64,000 nucleotides of DNA from an uncultured cyanobacterium. Lineage in GTDB: Bacteria > Cyanobacteriota > Cyanobacteriia > Cyanobacteriales > CAWCAG01. The translations under genes and the position numbers were made by a program. The notes under the pieces were generated by a model. That model searched no databases. It saw nothing but the letters and a program-made list of their open reading frames with translations, and was not told where the DNA came from. The stretch spans positions 640,001-704,000 of the forward strand of contig CAWDOD010000011.1 of assembly GCA_963803805.1 (NCBI GenBank). The letters run 5' to 3'. Shown here in pieces: positions 27,824 to 39,396 of the stretch (the first letter of the stretch is position 1; each line of letters opens with the position of its first letter).

Positions 27824-28006
27824 CTTATCATTTATCATTTATCATTAAATATTTATCATTGCCACTCAATTGCTACGTTATCATGAAGTCGCTTTTTGTC
27901 AAATTACCTTCCTCAGATAATTTGGTCAAAACCGTAGGGCAAAAAACAATGTACCTTATGCTAATGGGAATTACTTTAACTTCTAACTTTTGAGTTTTAA
28001 ATTGTT

Positions 28007-31000
28007 ATGTCCTTTGCCTCTATTATTCGTAACCTCGAACGTTCTTCTTTAACCGCAGAATTGCTGTCGAAACTACAAAAGAAGCGATCGCTGTTTTTAA
28101 ATGGTATTCCTCGTTTGCCGAAAGGCTTGGTTGCTTCAGCTTTAGCACTTGCACAAGAGAAACATCTTTTAGTGGTTTGTGCAACCTTAGAAGAGGCAGG
28201 GCGCATGGCGACTCAATTAGAGGCAATGGGTTGGCAGACGGTAAATTTTTATCCTACCTCAGAAGCATCTCCCTACGAAGCTTTTAACCTTGAATCAGAG
28301 ATGATTTGGGGACAGATGCAAGTTCTTTCTGTTCTCATTACCAAACCAGATCATAAAATGGCGATTGTCGCTACAGAAAGAGCGCTACAACCCTATTTAC
28401 CTCCCCTAGAAGCTTTGCAGGATTACTATGTTAATTTGCAAGGGGGAACTAGTTATGAAACCAAAGCTTTAGAACGCCAGTTAGTTAAGTTGGGTTATGA
28501 ACGAGTCTCTTTAGTAGAAACAGAGGGGCAGTGGAGTCGGCGCGGGGATTTGGTGGATGTTTTTCCTGTTTCGGCGGAACTACCTGTGCGTTTAGAGTGG
28601 TTTGGAGATGAGTTGGAGAAGATTCGGGAATTTGATCCTGTTACCCAGCGTTCCCTTGATGTTATTGGACAGTTATTATTAACTCCAACTAGTTTTGCCC
28701 CCATTATTGCTGCGGAGTTGGGGGCAAGGGCAGATTTTCTAGCTTATCTTAACAGTGAAGAACAAGAAGCTTTAAATGAAGGAATTTTACCCAAGGGAAT
28801 GCAGCGTTTTTTGGGGCTAGCTTATCATCCCCCAGCTTCTTTGCTAGATTATTTACCCACAGATACCTTAATCGCTTTTGATGAGGTAGAACAATGTCGC
28901 GCCCATAGTGATCGCTGGGTAGAACACGCCGAAGAGATGAGAACTGAAAGCGATGTACCCAGGATTCATCGTTCCTTAGCTGAGTCTATCACCATTGCCC
29001 AAAAGTTTCCTATTCTTTATTTATCAGAACTTGTAGAAGCTGATAGCGAGGGTTTAGATTTATCTAGTCGCCCCCTCCCGGTGACTCCCCACCAGTTTGG
29101 TAAATTAGCGGATATTCTCCGGGGTAAGAAAGAAATTTATAGCGGCATCACCTTAGATAAATATGACACCTGGTTAATTTCCGCCCAACCTTCTCGTTCC
29201 GTTGCCCTATTGCAAGAACACGATTGCCCTGCCCAGTTTGTTCCTAATCCCCGTGATTACCCAGCCATTGAGAGGTTGCATACCCAACATACTGCTGTAG
29301 CCCTGAAATATTCCGGCTTGGCAGAATTAGAAGGATTCGCTTTACCTACCTTCCGCATCGCCCTTGTCACCGACAGAGAATTTTTCGGGCAACATAATTT
29401 AGGAACCGCCAGTTACATCCGCAAGCGTCGTCGTGCCGCTTCCAAACAAGTAGACTTAAATAAGTTACGCCCTGGGAATTATGTGGTACACAAAAACCAC
29501 GGTGTTGGTAAATTTCTGAAGCTGGAAACCTTAGCCAGCAGGGATTATTTGGTAATTCAATATGCCGATGGTTTATTAAGGGTTCCGGCTGATAGCATCG
29601 AGGTACTTTCACGCTTGCAGCAGACGGGAAAAGCCCCCCCAGAATTAAATAAAATGACGGGGAAGCTTTGGCACAAAACCAGAAACCGCGCCCGCAAAGC
29701 CATCAAAAAACTAGCAGTAGATTTGTTGGAATTATATGCCAAGCGATCGCAACTCGAAGGCTATGCCTATCCCCCTGATTCTCCTTGGCAAGAAGAATTG
29801 GAAGATTCTTTCCCTTATCAACCTACCCCAGATCAGCTTAAGGCTGTGCAGGATGTCAAAAGAGATTTAGAAAGCGATCACCCCATGGATCGTTTAGTTT
29901 GTGGAGATGTGGGCTTTGGTAAAACCGAAGTGGCAATCCGGGCTATTTTTAAAGTTGTTACTGCTGGTAACAAGCAAGTAGCCTTCCTCGCCCCCACCAC
30001 CATTCTTACCCAGCAACATTACCATACCCTCAAAGAAAGGTTTGCCCCCTATCCCATCAATGTAGGCTTATTGAACCGCTTCCGTAGTGCCTCAGAAAAG
30101 AAGGATATTTTGCAACGTTTAGCCACAGGGGAATTAGATGTAGTGGTAGGAACCCAACAACTTCTAGGCAAAAATGTCCAATTCAAAAACTTAGGGATGT
30201 TGGTGGTAGATGAAGAACAAAGGTTTGGGGTAAATCAAAAAGAGAAAATCAAATCCTTAAAAACCCAAGTAGATGTGCTAACCCTCACCGCAACCCCCAT
30301 CCCCCGCACCCTCTATATGTCCCTCTCTGGCATCCGGGAAATGAGTCTCATTACTACTCCCCCTCCCTCACGCCGCCCCATTAAAACCCACCTTTCCTCC
30401 TATAACCCAGAAGCAATTAGAACAGCGATTCGTAATGAATTAGATCGAGGAGGACAGGTATTTTATGTAGTTCCTAGGGTAGAAGGTATTGAAGAACTAG
30501 CAGGGAGAATTAGGGAAATGGTTCCCAGCGCAAGAATTGCGATCGCCCACGGGCAAATGCCAGAAGCAGAGTTAGAAGTTACCATGCTAACTTTCAACAA
30601 CGGCGATGCAGATATCTTAGTTTGCACTACCATCATTGAATCCGGCTTGGATATCCCCAGAGTTAACACTATTATTGTCGAAGATGCCCAAAAATTCGGA
30701 CTTTCCCAACTCTATCAATTGCGGGGTAGAGTCGGGCGGGCAGGTACACAAGCCCATGCTTGGTTATTGTACCCTAAGAAAAATCAACTCTCCGAAGCTG
30801 CTAGAAAGCGTTTACGTGCCTTACAAGAGTTTACCCAACTGGGTTCTGGCTACCAACTAGCCATGCGAGATATGGAAATACGGGGTGTGGGTAGCTTATT
30901 GGGGGCAGAACAATCGGGGCAAATGGATATTATCGGTTTTGAGATGTATATGGGGATGTTGACTGAAGCAATTCAAGAAATTCAAGGTCAAGAAATTCCT

Positions 31001-31474
31001 CAAGTAGAAGATACCCAAATAGACTTACAACTTACTGCTTTTATCCCTGCTGAATACATTAATGATATTGAGCAAAAAATGACTGCTTATCGCACCCTCG
31101 CTACTGCTGATAGTTCTGAAGAGTTAGTCCAAATTGCTGCTGATTGGAGTGATCGCTACGGTACAATGCCTCCAGCCGCACAACAATTAATTAGAATTAT
31201 GGAGTTAAAACAAGTTGCCAAGTCATTAGGGTTTTCTCGCATTAAACCAGAAGGTAAGCAACATATTGTTTTAGAAACACCAATGGCAGAACCGGCTTGG
31301 AAGTTATTAAAAGAAAATTTACCACAACATCTCCAATCTCGATTTGTTTATCAACAAAAGAAAGTTGTAGTTAGAGGTTTAGGGGTGGTTAAACCTGCTA
31401 AACAGTTAGAAGATTTAATTGATTGGTTAAGTAAGATGCAAGGGGCTTTGCCGGAAACCTTAGTGTTAAAGTAA
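28007..31474 (+). CDS. mfd: Transcription-repair coupling factor
   Basis: [40 protein letters not shown]-terminus. Confidence 0.96.
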   Translation: MSFASIIRNLERSSLTAELLSKLQKKRSLFLNGIPRLPKGLVASALALAQEKHLLVVCATLEEAGRMATQLEAMGWQTVNFYPTSEASPYEAFNLESEMIWGQMQVLSVLITKPDHKMAIVATERALQPYLPPLEALQDYYVNLQGGTSYETKALERQLVKLGYERVSLVETEGQWSRRGDLVDVFPVSAELPVRLEWFGDELEKIREFDPVTQRSLDVIGQLLLTPTSFAPIIAAELGARADFLAYLNSEEQEALNEGILPKGMQRFLGLAYHPPASLLDYLPTDTLIAFDEVEQCRAHSDRWVEHAEEMRTESDVPRIHRSLAESITIAQKFPILYLSELVEADSEGLDLSSRPLPVTPHQFGKLADILRGKKEIYSGITLDKYDTWLISAQPSRSVALLQEHDCPAQFVPNPRDYPAIERLHTQHTAVALKYSGLAELEGFALPTFRIALVTDREFFGQHNLGTASYIRKRRRAASKQVDLNKLRPGNYVVHKNHGVGKFLKLETLASRDYLVIQYADGLLRVPADSIEVLSRLQQTGKAPPELNKMTGKLWHKTRNRARKAIKKLAVDLLELYAKRSQLEGYAYPPDSPWQEELEDSFPYQPTPDQLKAVQDVKRDLESDHPMDRLVCGDVGFGKTEVAIRAIFKVVTAGNKQVAFLAPTTILTQQHYHTLKERFAPYPINVGLLNRFRSASEKKDILQRLATGELDVVVGTQQLLGKNVQFKNLGMLVVDEEQRFGVNQKEKIKSLKTQVDVLTLTATPIPRTLYMSLSGIREMSLITTPPPSRRPIKTHLSSYNPEAIRTAIRNELDRGGQVFYVVPRVEGIEELAGRIREMVPSARIAIAHGQMPEAELEVTMLTFNNGDADILVCTTIIESGLDIPRVNTIIVEDAQKFGLSQLYQLRGRVGRAGTQAHAWLLYPKKNQLSEAARKRLRALQEFTQLGSGYQLAMRDMEIRGVGSLLGAEQSGQMDIIGFEMYMGMLTEAIQEIQGQEIPQVEDTQIDLQLTAFIPAEYINDIEQKMTAYRTLATADSSEELVQIAADWSDRYGTMPPAAQQLIRIMELKQVAKSLGFSRIKPEGKQHIVLETPMAEPAWKLLKENLPQHLQSRFVYQQKKVVVRGLGVVKPAKQLEDLIDWLSKMQGALPETLVLK

Positions 31475-31487
31475 CAAGTAATAAGTT

Positions 31488-32795
31488 TTGAGTTTTTCTG
31501 TACTGGATCAAGATAAATATTGCTTAAGTAATGCTCGTATTCCTGCGCCACTCTTGGAAAGAGAAATAGCTAGGGGAACAGGAGAAGATGGTTTTTGTGT
31601 AGTTAATTTAATTATTGAAAAAGGGGCGATCGCTGCTATAAATCCTGCTTCTCCAACGAGTGCTAATCTTCCTGTTTATAACTTGAATAAAGGTATTATA
31701 TTACCCTGCTTTGTTGATATTCATACCCATTTGGATAAAGGACATATTTGGGCAAGAACTCCTAATCCTGATGGTACATTTAGTAATGCTATCAAAGCTT
31801 CCCAAGCTGATGCTGCAAAGTATTGGCGAGGAGAAGATGTTTATCGACGTATGGAGTTTAGTTTAAAATGTAGTTATGTTCATGGCACGAAAGCAATTCG
31901 TACTCATATTGATTGTTTTGGTAAACAAGGAGAGATTAGTTTAGCTATTTTTCAAACTTTACAGAAAGAGTGGCAAAACAAGCTCATTCTTCAGGCTGTT
32001 TCTTTAGTGACTCTAAATTATTATCAAACTCCCGCCGGCATAAAGCTTGCTGATAAAATTGCTGCTATGGGAGGAATTTTAGGAGGAGTTGCTTATATCA
32101 ATCCAAAATTATCAGAGCAACTTGATAACTTATTTGTGTTAGCAAAAGAAAGAAATCTCGATCTGGACTTACATACAGATGAAAACGGTGATCCTAACTC
32201 CAACTGTTTATATCAAGTAGCGCAAACAGCCCTGAAACATAACTTTCCTAACCGAATAATTTGTGGACATTGTTGTAGTTTAGCCGTACAAGATGAAGCC
32301 GTTGTTCAAGACACTTTAAACCTTGTGAAAGAAGCTAACATAGGAATTGTTAGCTTACCTTTGTGTAACCTTTATTTGCAAGATCGACAGCAAAATAAAA
32401 CTCCCTTTTGGCGAGGTATCACTAGAGTTAAAGAAATCAGTCACCATCATATTCCTCTTGCTTTCGCTAGTGATAATTGTCGTGACCCTTTCTTCGCTTT
32501 TGGGGATCTTGATGTTTTAGAAGTCTTTAACCAAGCAGTAAGAATCGCTCAATTAGATATTCCCTACAGTAATAGCATCGATACTGTTACTAAAACTGCT
32601 GCTGATCTCATGAAGTTACCCCAATCGGGCAGAATAAAAGTAGGCTTGACGGCAGATTTAATCCTCTTTAAAGGACGCAACTATAACGAATTATTAGCGC
32701 GTTCCCAACACAATAGAATAGTGTTGCGGCAAGGAAAACCCCTTACAGCAACTTTACCTGATTATGCAGAGTTAGATGAGCTTGAATGGGTTTGA
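31488..32795 (+). CDS. Cytosine deaminase-like amidohydrolase
   Basis: DIHTHLDK, IRTHID, DLHTDE, GHCCSL, SDNCRDP. Confidence 0.88.
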   Translation: MSFSVLDQDKYCLSNARIPAPLLEREIARGTGEDGFCVVNLIIEKGAIAAINPASPTSANLPVYNLNKGIILPCFVDIHTHLDKGHIWARTPNPDGTFSNAIKASQADAAKYWRGEDVYRRMEFSLKCSYVHGTKAIRTHIDCFGKQGEISLAIFQTLQKEWQNKLILQAVSLVTLNYYQTPAGIKLADKIAAMGGILGGVAYINPKLSEQLDNLFVLAKERNLDLDLHTDENGDPNSNCLYQVAQTALKHNFPNRIICGHCCSLAVQDEAVVQDTLNLVKEANIGIVSLPLCNLYLQDRQQNKTPFWRGITRVKEISHHHIPLAFASDNCRDPFFAFGDLDVLEVFNQAVRIAQLDIPYSNSIDTVTKTAADLMKLPQSGRIKVGLTADLILFKGRNYNELLARSQHNRIVLRQGKPLTATLPDYAELDELEWV

Positions 32796-33385
32796 GAGAG
32801 AGCCAAGAAAAGACTTATCCAAAAGCGATAAGCTAATGCCTAGTTGCTAGTTGCTAGTTGCTAAAATCTTATACTTGGTGAGAATATTTTATTTATTGGA
32901 GTTCTTTAAGAAATAATCTCAAACTAAACTTAAATCGCGATTTTTTGGGCTAAAAATTGTTGAAGGGCAAAAATACTTTTGAAAATCTCTTTTTAAGAGC
33001 GCACCTTTTCCACCATGTACATAATATCATGTCAAGGGAGAATAAATCAAGGTTGTGGTTAATTTTGAGTGAATATAAGTAAAGATTTTATTTAACCTGG
33101 TCTACAATCGGAATAATTAAAGATGACCCTTTTTTTAGACCTTTGTTAAGTGATATTAAGGATAATTTGACAACGTATTTCTGGGCTTTGACCTATGGTA
33201 TATTGAAAACTAAGTTATTAAGATGTGTTATTGTGGCCTTTTTTATACCTAATAATACTTTCAAGTTGAAGCAAGCTACGCAAATTCAGCATATTCCTCC
33301 CATTAATTATTTCCTAACAGGTGAGATCGCATCAAGACAAAAAGCCTGGAAAGCACTTTTTCTTTATTAAGAAATTTATCGCTTC

Positions 33386-33420
33386 TTGACAGAATGACTA
33401 TTTTCTGTATGATAGTCATT
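33386..33420 (+). promoter_or_regulatory. Sigma70-type promoter overlapped by an inverted repeat
   Basis: TTGACA (33386-33391), 16 bp, TATGAT (33408-33413). AATGACTAT-N10-ATAGTCATT at 33393-33420. Confidence 0.5.
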
Positions 33421-33611
33421 TTTCATCCTCCCCAACAACAAAGCTAGTGTACAAATATTAAATTGAGGAATAGTTTCTACAAACAAAGGTCATCCTTCCC
33501 CCCTCAATTGAAAATTGACAGACCATTAGTTAGAAAATATTCTTCAACACACCACGAATTGCTATAAGTGGATAGAGATGATCACAACTTTAGCCACACA
33601 GGAGGGAATTA

Positions 33612-33989
33612 ATGAGTAACGATTATGATCGACGCAGAGAACAAATACGTCTTGAAGAAGAAGAACGCCGTGCCGCCGTTGCCAATCGCAATGCTAGTTT
33701 AGTCAGAGTAGTACAAATAATTTACTACTTAGTGGGAGCTTTGGGGTTACTACTAATAATTCGTGTACTGCTGCGGCTTTTTAACGCTAACCCAGAAAAC
33801 CTCTTTGCTCAAATAATCTACGGTCTTTCCACCCCTTTTGTTGCCCCATTTTCCACTCTTTTTCCTACCCCCGGCTTAGGAGAATCGTCGGTATTTGAGA
33901 TCAATGCTTTAATTGCGATCGCTGCTTATTCGATTTTAGCTTGGTTGTTGGTGCGTTTAATTTGGTTAGTTGGTAGTCGTTCCCGTTAA
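33612..33989 (+). CDS. YggT family membrane protein
   Basis: Strong GGAGG RBS; RVLLRLFNANPEN...PFVAPF pattern with two TM helices. Confidence 0.8.
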   Translation: MSNDYDRRREQIRLEEEERRAAVANRNASLVRVVQIIYYLVGALGLLLIIRVLLRLFNANPENLFAQIIYGLSTPFVAPFSTLFPTPGLGESSVFEINALIAIAAYSILAWLLVRLIWLVGSRSR

Positions 33990-34142
33990 GCACCAAAAGT
34001 ACTTAATAGCAATCTTAATCAAATCACTACCAGGAACAAACTCAAAATCAGCTTTGTGTAAATTAGGCGCACCTTGCCAAAATTTAGGATTAACAGTATA
34101 TAGGCAACAATAGAAAGAATAAATTCCCGTAAATTTAACCAA

Positions 34143-36971
34143 GTGGTCAAAGATGTTTCCAAACTTAACAAGTCTCACTCAGTAAATGCCAAAGCTGGGG
34201 CTTTTTCCTCTTTGGCTAATTTAACAGCGAAAATTCCAGGAAAAATTCCTCTGCGAGTAGTTCTGATTGTACCGTTTGTGGTACAGATTTTCGCTGCGGT
34301 AGGCTTAACTGGTTACTTATCTTTCCGCAATGGGCAACAAGCAGTAGAAGATCTAGCTAACCAGCTTAGCGGAGAAATTACCAACCGTATCTCTGACCGT
34401 TTAGATAGTTATTTACAAACCCCCCACATAATTAATGAAATTAACGCTCAAAGCACTCGAATTGGTCAATTAAAGCTTCAGGAATCTTCCAGTTTGGAGC
34501 AGCATTTCTTAAACCAAATGAAATTATTTGACTCAGTAACTTACATCTATTTAGGTTTTCCTAACGAAGATTTTATTGGCACAGGTAGGGGAAAAGATGA
34601 TGCCCTAGAAATTGGTATCAGTGGCAACCAGACAAATAATAACTTTAAAACATATACTACCAACGAAAAAGGCGATCGCGCTGAACTACTTTCTTCGGTT
34701 CCTAACTATAATTTGCTGACTCGTCCTTGGTATTTAGCCGCAACCACTAAAAAGAAACCTACTTGGGGAGATATTTATCTTTGGGCTGCTCCTTATCCTA
34801 ACTTAGCTTTACCTGCTGTCAGACCTCTTTACAACGAAGCAGGAGAACTATTGGGGGTTTTTGCTGTGGATCTGTCCCTTTTGGATATCAGCGATTTCCT
34901 GCGGACTTTAAAAGTAGGGCGTACAGGAGAGACTTTCATCATTGAACGTGATGGTTTATTAGTAGCTAGTTCCACCTCAGAAAAACCTTATCAAAAAAAA
35001 CAACTAAAACCGCAACGCCTACCTGCAAAAGAGAGTCAAGAACCTTTAATTGAAGCTACTACAGCCTATTTACAACAAAAATATGATGACCTAAACAACA
35101 TTAACTCCCCTGGGCAATTTGATTTTAGAATTGCCGGAAACCGTCACAGAGTTAGAGTTACCCCTTTTAGGGATGAGTTTGGTTTGGACTGGTTAATTGT
35201 GGTGGTAATTCCTGAAGTTGATTTCATGGCCCAAATCAATGCTAATACTCGTAACACTATTATCCTTTGTCTGGGCGCTCTTGGTATTGCCACCTCTCTA
35301 GGTATCCTAACCTCCCGATGGATCACCAAGCCAATTTTGCGCTTAGTGGAAGCTAGCCGTCAAATTTCCCAAGGACAACTAGGACAAACTATCTCTGTAG
35401 GAAGTTTCAACGAACTACAAATACTAGCCCGTTCCTTCAACCAAATGGCTGCCCAATTACGGGAATCTTTCACAACTTTAGAACATACCAACGAAGAATT
35501 AGAAAAGCGAGTTACCAGGCGTACTTCAGCTTTACAACAATCGGAAGAAAAATTTTCTTTGGCTTTTCGTTCTAGTCCTGATTTGATTGCAATTATAACT
35601 CTTCATGAAGGACGCTTCATTGATGCGAATGAGAGCTTTTTACTAGTTACAGGTTATACTCCTGAAGAAATTATTGGCAAAACCACTACAGAACTAAATA
35701 ATTGGGTTAATTCTAGGGATCGTTACAAAGTTAGCCTGCTATTGAGGAAAAAAGGGGCTATCCGTAACCATGAAATGCGTTTTTATACTAAATCAGGAGA
35801 AGTAAGAATCGGACTTTTATCGGCCAGAATCATCAACTTAGAAGATGAAGAATGCTTACTCTCTGTTATCAAAGACATTACAGAACGCAAGCGAGTCCAA
35901 GAAGCATTACGGGAAAAAGAAGAATATTTACGCTTAATCCTCGATAACATTCCCCAGCAAGTATTTTGGAAAGATACTAATTTAGTTTTTCAAGGTTGCA
36001 ATAAAAACTGGTCTGAAGCGACAGGGGTTGATGATCCAGAACACATTATTGGTAAAACCGATTATGATCTCTTACCAAGTCGTGAACAAGCACAATTGTA
36101 TCGCACCCAAGACCGACGCATAATTAGAACAGATACCCCAGAGTTACATATCATCGAGTTAAAACAAAAACCTTCCCCAGAAGGTAATCCTATCTGGCTC
36201 GATCTTAATAAATTCCCTATCCACGATGTCAATGGCAAAGTAGTAGGAATTTTAGGGGTATCAGAAGATATTACCCAACGTAGACTAGCAGAAGAAGCTC
36301 TACGTATAGAACAAGAAAAATCTGAGCGCTTGCTACGCAATATATTACCTGTCGCCATTGCCGAAAGATTAAAGCAAGAAATTAATCCCATCGCCGAACA
36401 GTTTGAAGAAGCAACCATCCTCTTTGCTGATATAGTTGGTTTTACGCCCCTTTCTGCCCGTATTTCGCCTACAGAATTAGTTAGTTTACTCAATCAAGTG
36501 TTTTCCTTGTTTGATCAACTAGCGGAAAAACATTCCTTAGAAAAAATCAAAACCATTGGTGATGCCTATATGGTAGCTGGGGGATTGCCCATGCCCATGG
36601 AAAATCATACCGAAGCGATCGCAGAAATGGCTTTAGATATGCAACAAGCAATAGCTGAATTTCAAGAAAGCCTTTATTTAATATTTCCCCAAGAATCTGT
36701 AACCAACTTGCAAATTCGCATTGGTATCAATACCGGACCAGTAGTGGCAGGGGTAATCGGTACAACTAAATTTATTTATGATCTTTGGGGAGATCCTGTC
36801 AACATTGCTTCCCGCATGGAGTCTTCAGGATTGCCCGGTAAAATTCAAGTTACTACGGAGATTTATGAAAAGTTAAAGAATCGCTACCTATTAGAAAAAC
36901 GAGGTGTTATTGAGATTAAAGGTAGGGGAAAAATGACAACTTATTGGTTAATAGGGAAAGAATCTAATTAA
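34143..36971 (+). CDS. Class III adenylate cyclase with Cache-HAMP-PAS-PAS sensory region
   Basis: TM-Cache (RPWY)-TM-HAMP, two PAS domains, FADIVGFT, KIKTIGDAYM, YDLWGDPVNIASRMES (ATP-type K/D residues). Confidence 0.92.
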   Translation: MVKDVSKLNKSHSVNAKAGAFSSLANLTAKIPGKIPLRVVLIVPFVVQIFAAVGLTGYLSFRNGQQAVEDLANQLSGEITNRISDRLDSYLQTPHIINEINAQSTRIGQLKLQESSSLEQHFLNQMKLFDSVTYIYLGFPNEDFIGTGRGKDDALEIGISGNQTNNNFKTYTTNEKGDRAELLSSVPNYNLLTRPWYLAATTKKKPTWGDIYLWAAPYPNLALPAVRPLYNEAGELLGVFAVDLSLLDISDFLRTLKVGRTGETFIIERDGLLVASSTSEKPYQKKQLKPQRLPAKESQEPLIEATTAYLQQKYDDLNNINSPGQFDFRIAGNRHRVRVTPFRDEFGLDWLIVVVIPEVDFMAQINANTRNTIILCLGALGIATSLGILTSRWITKPILRLVEASRQISQGQLGQTISVGSFNELQILARSFNQMAAQLRESFTTLEHTNEELEKRVTRRTSALQQSEEKFSLAFRSSPDLIAIITLHEGRFIDANESFLLVTGYTPEEIIGKTTTELNNWVNSRDRYKVSLLLRKKGAIRNHEMRFYTKSGEVRIGLLSARIINLEDEECLLSVIKDITERKRVQEALREKEEYLRLILDNIPQQVFWKDTNLVFQGCNKNWSEATGVDDPEHIIGKTDYDLLPSREQAQLYRTQDRRIIRTDTPELHIIELKQKPSPEGNPIWLDLNKFPIHDVNGKVVGILGVSEDITQRRLAEEALRIEQEKSERLLRNILPVAIAERLKQEINPIAEQFEEATILFADIVGFTPLSARISPTELVSLLNQVFSLFDQLAEKHSLEKIKTIGDAYMVAGGLPMPMENHTEAIAEMALDMQQAIAEFQESLYLIFPQESVTNLQIRIGINTGPVVAGVIGTTKFIYDLWGDPVNIASRMESSGLPGKIQVTTEIYEKLKNRYLLEKRGVIEIKGRGKMTTYWLIGKESN

Positions 36972-37066
36972 CCTACACCTGGTGCTTTGGTATAACTTGT
37001 TATTGAGCAACTTGTAACCCGCTAAAATCATTTCTATACAAGCGTCATTAGGAACTTGATAAAATT

Positions 37067-37408
37067 ATGAGCGAGACTATCTTTAGCAAAATCATCAATA
37101 GAGAAATTCCTGCTGATATAGTTTACGAAGACGATCTGGCCCTCGCTTTCAAAGATGTTAACCCCCAAGCACCAGTCCATGTCCTAGTAATTCCCAAAAA
37201 GCCAATTTCTCAGTTAGGGGTTTCTACCCCAGAAGATCAAGAACTTTTAGGACATCTTCTCCTCACAGTTAAAGAAGTAGCTCAACAGTTGAACCTCAAT
37301 AATGGTTATAGAGTAGTTATTAATAACGGTATAGATGGTGGCCAAACCGTAGATCATTTGCACTTACATATTCTTGGTCAGCGTCAAATGAAATGGCCTC
37401 CAGGCTAG
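37067..37408 (+). CDS. Histidine triad (HIT) nucleotide-binding protein
   Basis: TIFSKII, HLHLHIL, WPPG. Confidence 0.95.
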   Translation: MSETIFSKIINREIPADIVYEDDLALAFKDVNPQAPVHVLVIPKKPISQLGVSTPEDQELLGHLLLTVKEVAQQLNLNNGYRVVINNGIDGGQTVDHLHLHILGQRQMKWPPG

Positions 37409-37541
37409 ATCTTTGAGAAAAGTGATTATTCAACCAAATCTGAGAATAAGTTCCCCAGGTTGGTTTTCCGCTCAAAGCTTTGCTCAGAGAGCATTTCTAT
37501 CTAACTTATGAAAGAGATAAGGAAAACAATCCCCTATTTCC

Positions 37542-37570
37542 TTTACATTAGTTTACAAGTTTGTTAGGAT
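37542..37570 (+). promoter_or_regulatory. psbA promoter with HLR1-like (RpaB) direct repeat
   Basis: TTTACATT-AG-TTTACAAG at 37542-37559. -35 TTTACA, 17 bp, -10 TAGGAT (37565-37570). Confidence 0.7.
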
Positions 37571-37670
37571 ATAAACATACCAAGCAAGTCAAACAAACTT
37601 TAAAGCTTAAAAACCTGAAAAGTTAACGAAACTTCGCTTACATACATACTTTCACGCAATTATCTGAACC

Positions 37671-38753
37671 ATGACAACTACATTACAACGTAGCCAAAGC
37701 GCAAGCTCTTGGGAGCGTTTTTGCAGTTGGATCACCAGCACCGAAAACCGCCTCTATGTAGGTTGGTTTGGAGTCATCATGATCCCAACTCTATTAACCG
37801 CCACCATTTGCTTCTTAATCGCCTTCGTAGCAGCACCTCCAGTTGACATCGACGGTATCCGCGAACCAGTAGCAGGTTCGTTATTATATGGAAACAACAT
37901 CATCTCTGGTGCTGTTGTACCTTCATCTAACGCCATCGGCTTACACTTCTACCCAATTTGGGAAGCAGCTTCACTAGATGAGTGGTTGTACAACGGTGGA
38001 CCATACCAATTGGTAATCTTCCACTTCCTCATCGGCGTATTCTGCTACATGGGACGTGAGTGGGAACTATCCTACCGTTTAGGAATGCGTCCTTGGATCT
38101 GTGTAGCTTACTCTGCTCCAGTAGCAGCAGCAAGTGCAGTATTCCTAATCTACCCATTAGGACAAGGAAGTTTCTCTGATGGAATGCCTCTAGGTATCTC
38201 TGGAACCTTCAACTTCATGTTTGTCTTCCAAGCTGAGCATAACATCTTAATGCACCCCTTCCATATGTTGGGAGTAGCCGGTGTATTTGGTGGAGCGTTA
38301 TTCAGTGCCATGCACGGCAGCTTAGTAACATCTAGCTTAGTAAGAGAAACAACCGAAACCGAATCACAAAACTACGGTTACAAATTCGGACAAGAAGAAG
38401 AAACCTACAACATCGTTGCAGCACACGGTTATTTTGGTCGTCTCATCTTCCAATATGCCTCCTTCAACAACAGCCGTAGCCTCCACTTCTTACTCGGAGC
38501 ATGGCCAGTAGTAGGAATCTGGTTCACCGCTTTAGGTATTTCTACCATGGCGTTTAACCTCAACGGATTCAACTTTAACCAGTCAATCCTAGATTCCCAA
38601 GGTCGTGTAGTCAACACCTGGGCTGACGTATTAAACCGCGCAAACTTAGGCTTTGAAGTAATGCACGAGCGTAATGCTCACAACTTCCCCTTAGACCTAG
38701 CAGCAGGCACCTCTGCACCAGTAGCACTCACTGCCCCAGCTATCAACGGTTAA
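37671..38753 (+). CDS. psbA: Photosystem II D1 protein (Glu130, high-light-type form)
   Basis: Canonical 360-aa D1 with MGREWE; Mn-cluster ligands intact; NFPLDLA. Confidence 0.99.
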   Translation: MTTTLQRSQSASSWERFCSWITSTENRLYVGWFGVIMIPTLLTATICFLIAFVAAPPVDIDGIREPVAGSLLYGNNIISGAVVPSSNAIGLHFYPIWEAASLDEWLYNGGPYQLVIFHFLIGVFCYMGREWELSYRLGMRPWICVAYSAPVAAASAVFLIYPLGQGSFSDGMPLGISGTFNFMFVFQAEHNILMHPFHMLGVAGVFGGALFSAMHGSLVTSSLVRETTETESQNYGYKFGQEEETYNIVAAHGYFGRLIFQYASFNNSRSLHFLLGAWPVVGIWFTALGISTMAFNLNGFNFNQSILDSQGRVVNTWADVLNRANLGFEVMHERNAHNFPLDLAAGTSAPVALTAPAING

Positions 38754-38783
38754 GTTGCTTGCAACACAATTGAATAGTTAAAT

Positions 38784-38819
38784 AAAAAAGCGTCCTCCAT
38801 CTACGGAGGGCGCTTTTTT
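38784..38819. terminator. Bidirectional rho-independent terminator
   Basis: AAAAAAGCGTCCTCC-ATCTAC-GGAGGGCGCTTTTTT between convergent genes. Confidence 0.9.
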
Positions 38820-38871
38820 GTGGGGAGAGTTGACACCAAAGCCCTATCATAAAATCCAGCAAATAAACTTC

Positions 38872-39306
38872 CTAACCCCCACTCCCTCTCTTCCCAAATA
38901 ACATAAAGACTTGCTGGCAAAATTGTTTGAGCTTTTCTTTCACTTCTTCAGTAGGAGGAGATTTACCAATAAACTGCCAATTATCCACTGTAGAAAGTCG
39001 CCAAGCTTCTCCTTGGTGGTTAAATCCGGCTGTTTCTAAACCAATAAGTCCCAAAGAACTATCTAAAGGATCTTGGTGAAAGCGAATCTGTACTAAGATG
39101 CTACGACTTTGAAAGCGTCTACTCCAACCAGGGAAATGAAAGCCAATGTCAATGGAATCTGGATCAATAAGATCGAGGGTTTCAGGATCATTTTTCCAGG
39201 GTTTTAAATCAGCTTTGGCATCAGGAAATTCTCTTTTAAATAAATTGACAATTGCTGCAATTTTTGTGGTGGCTTCTAAACCTTTAGCTTGTTCTGCGGC
39301 GTTCAT
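38872..39306 (-). CDS. Conserved cyanobacterial hypothetical protein
   Basis: 144-aa ORF with AGGAGAG RBS; DPDSIDIGFHFPGWS motif. Confidence 0.75.
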   Translation of the reverse strand: MNAAEQAKGLEATTKIAAIVNLFKREFPDAKADLKPWKNDPETLDLIDPDSIDIGFHFPGWSRRFQSRSILVQIRFHQDPLDSSLGLIGLETAGFNHQGEAWRLSTVDNWQFIGKSPPTEEVKEKLKQFCQQVFMLFGKRGSGG

Positions 39307-39396
39307 AATAACTCTCCTCTATAAATATGTTGATCTATTTCTAATCAACTAGAGTAAGCTAAGATTTTCTCAAGAGTAGAGCAATTGCCAACTAAA

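Noticed and set aside
33143-33370. 75-aa intergenic ORF
   Set aside because: TTG start without RBS and no family features; probably chance.
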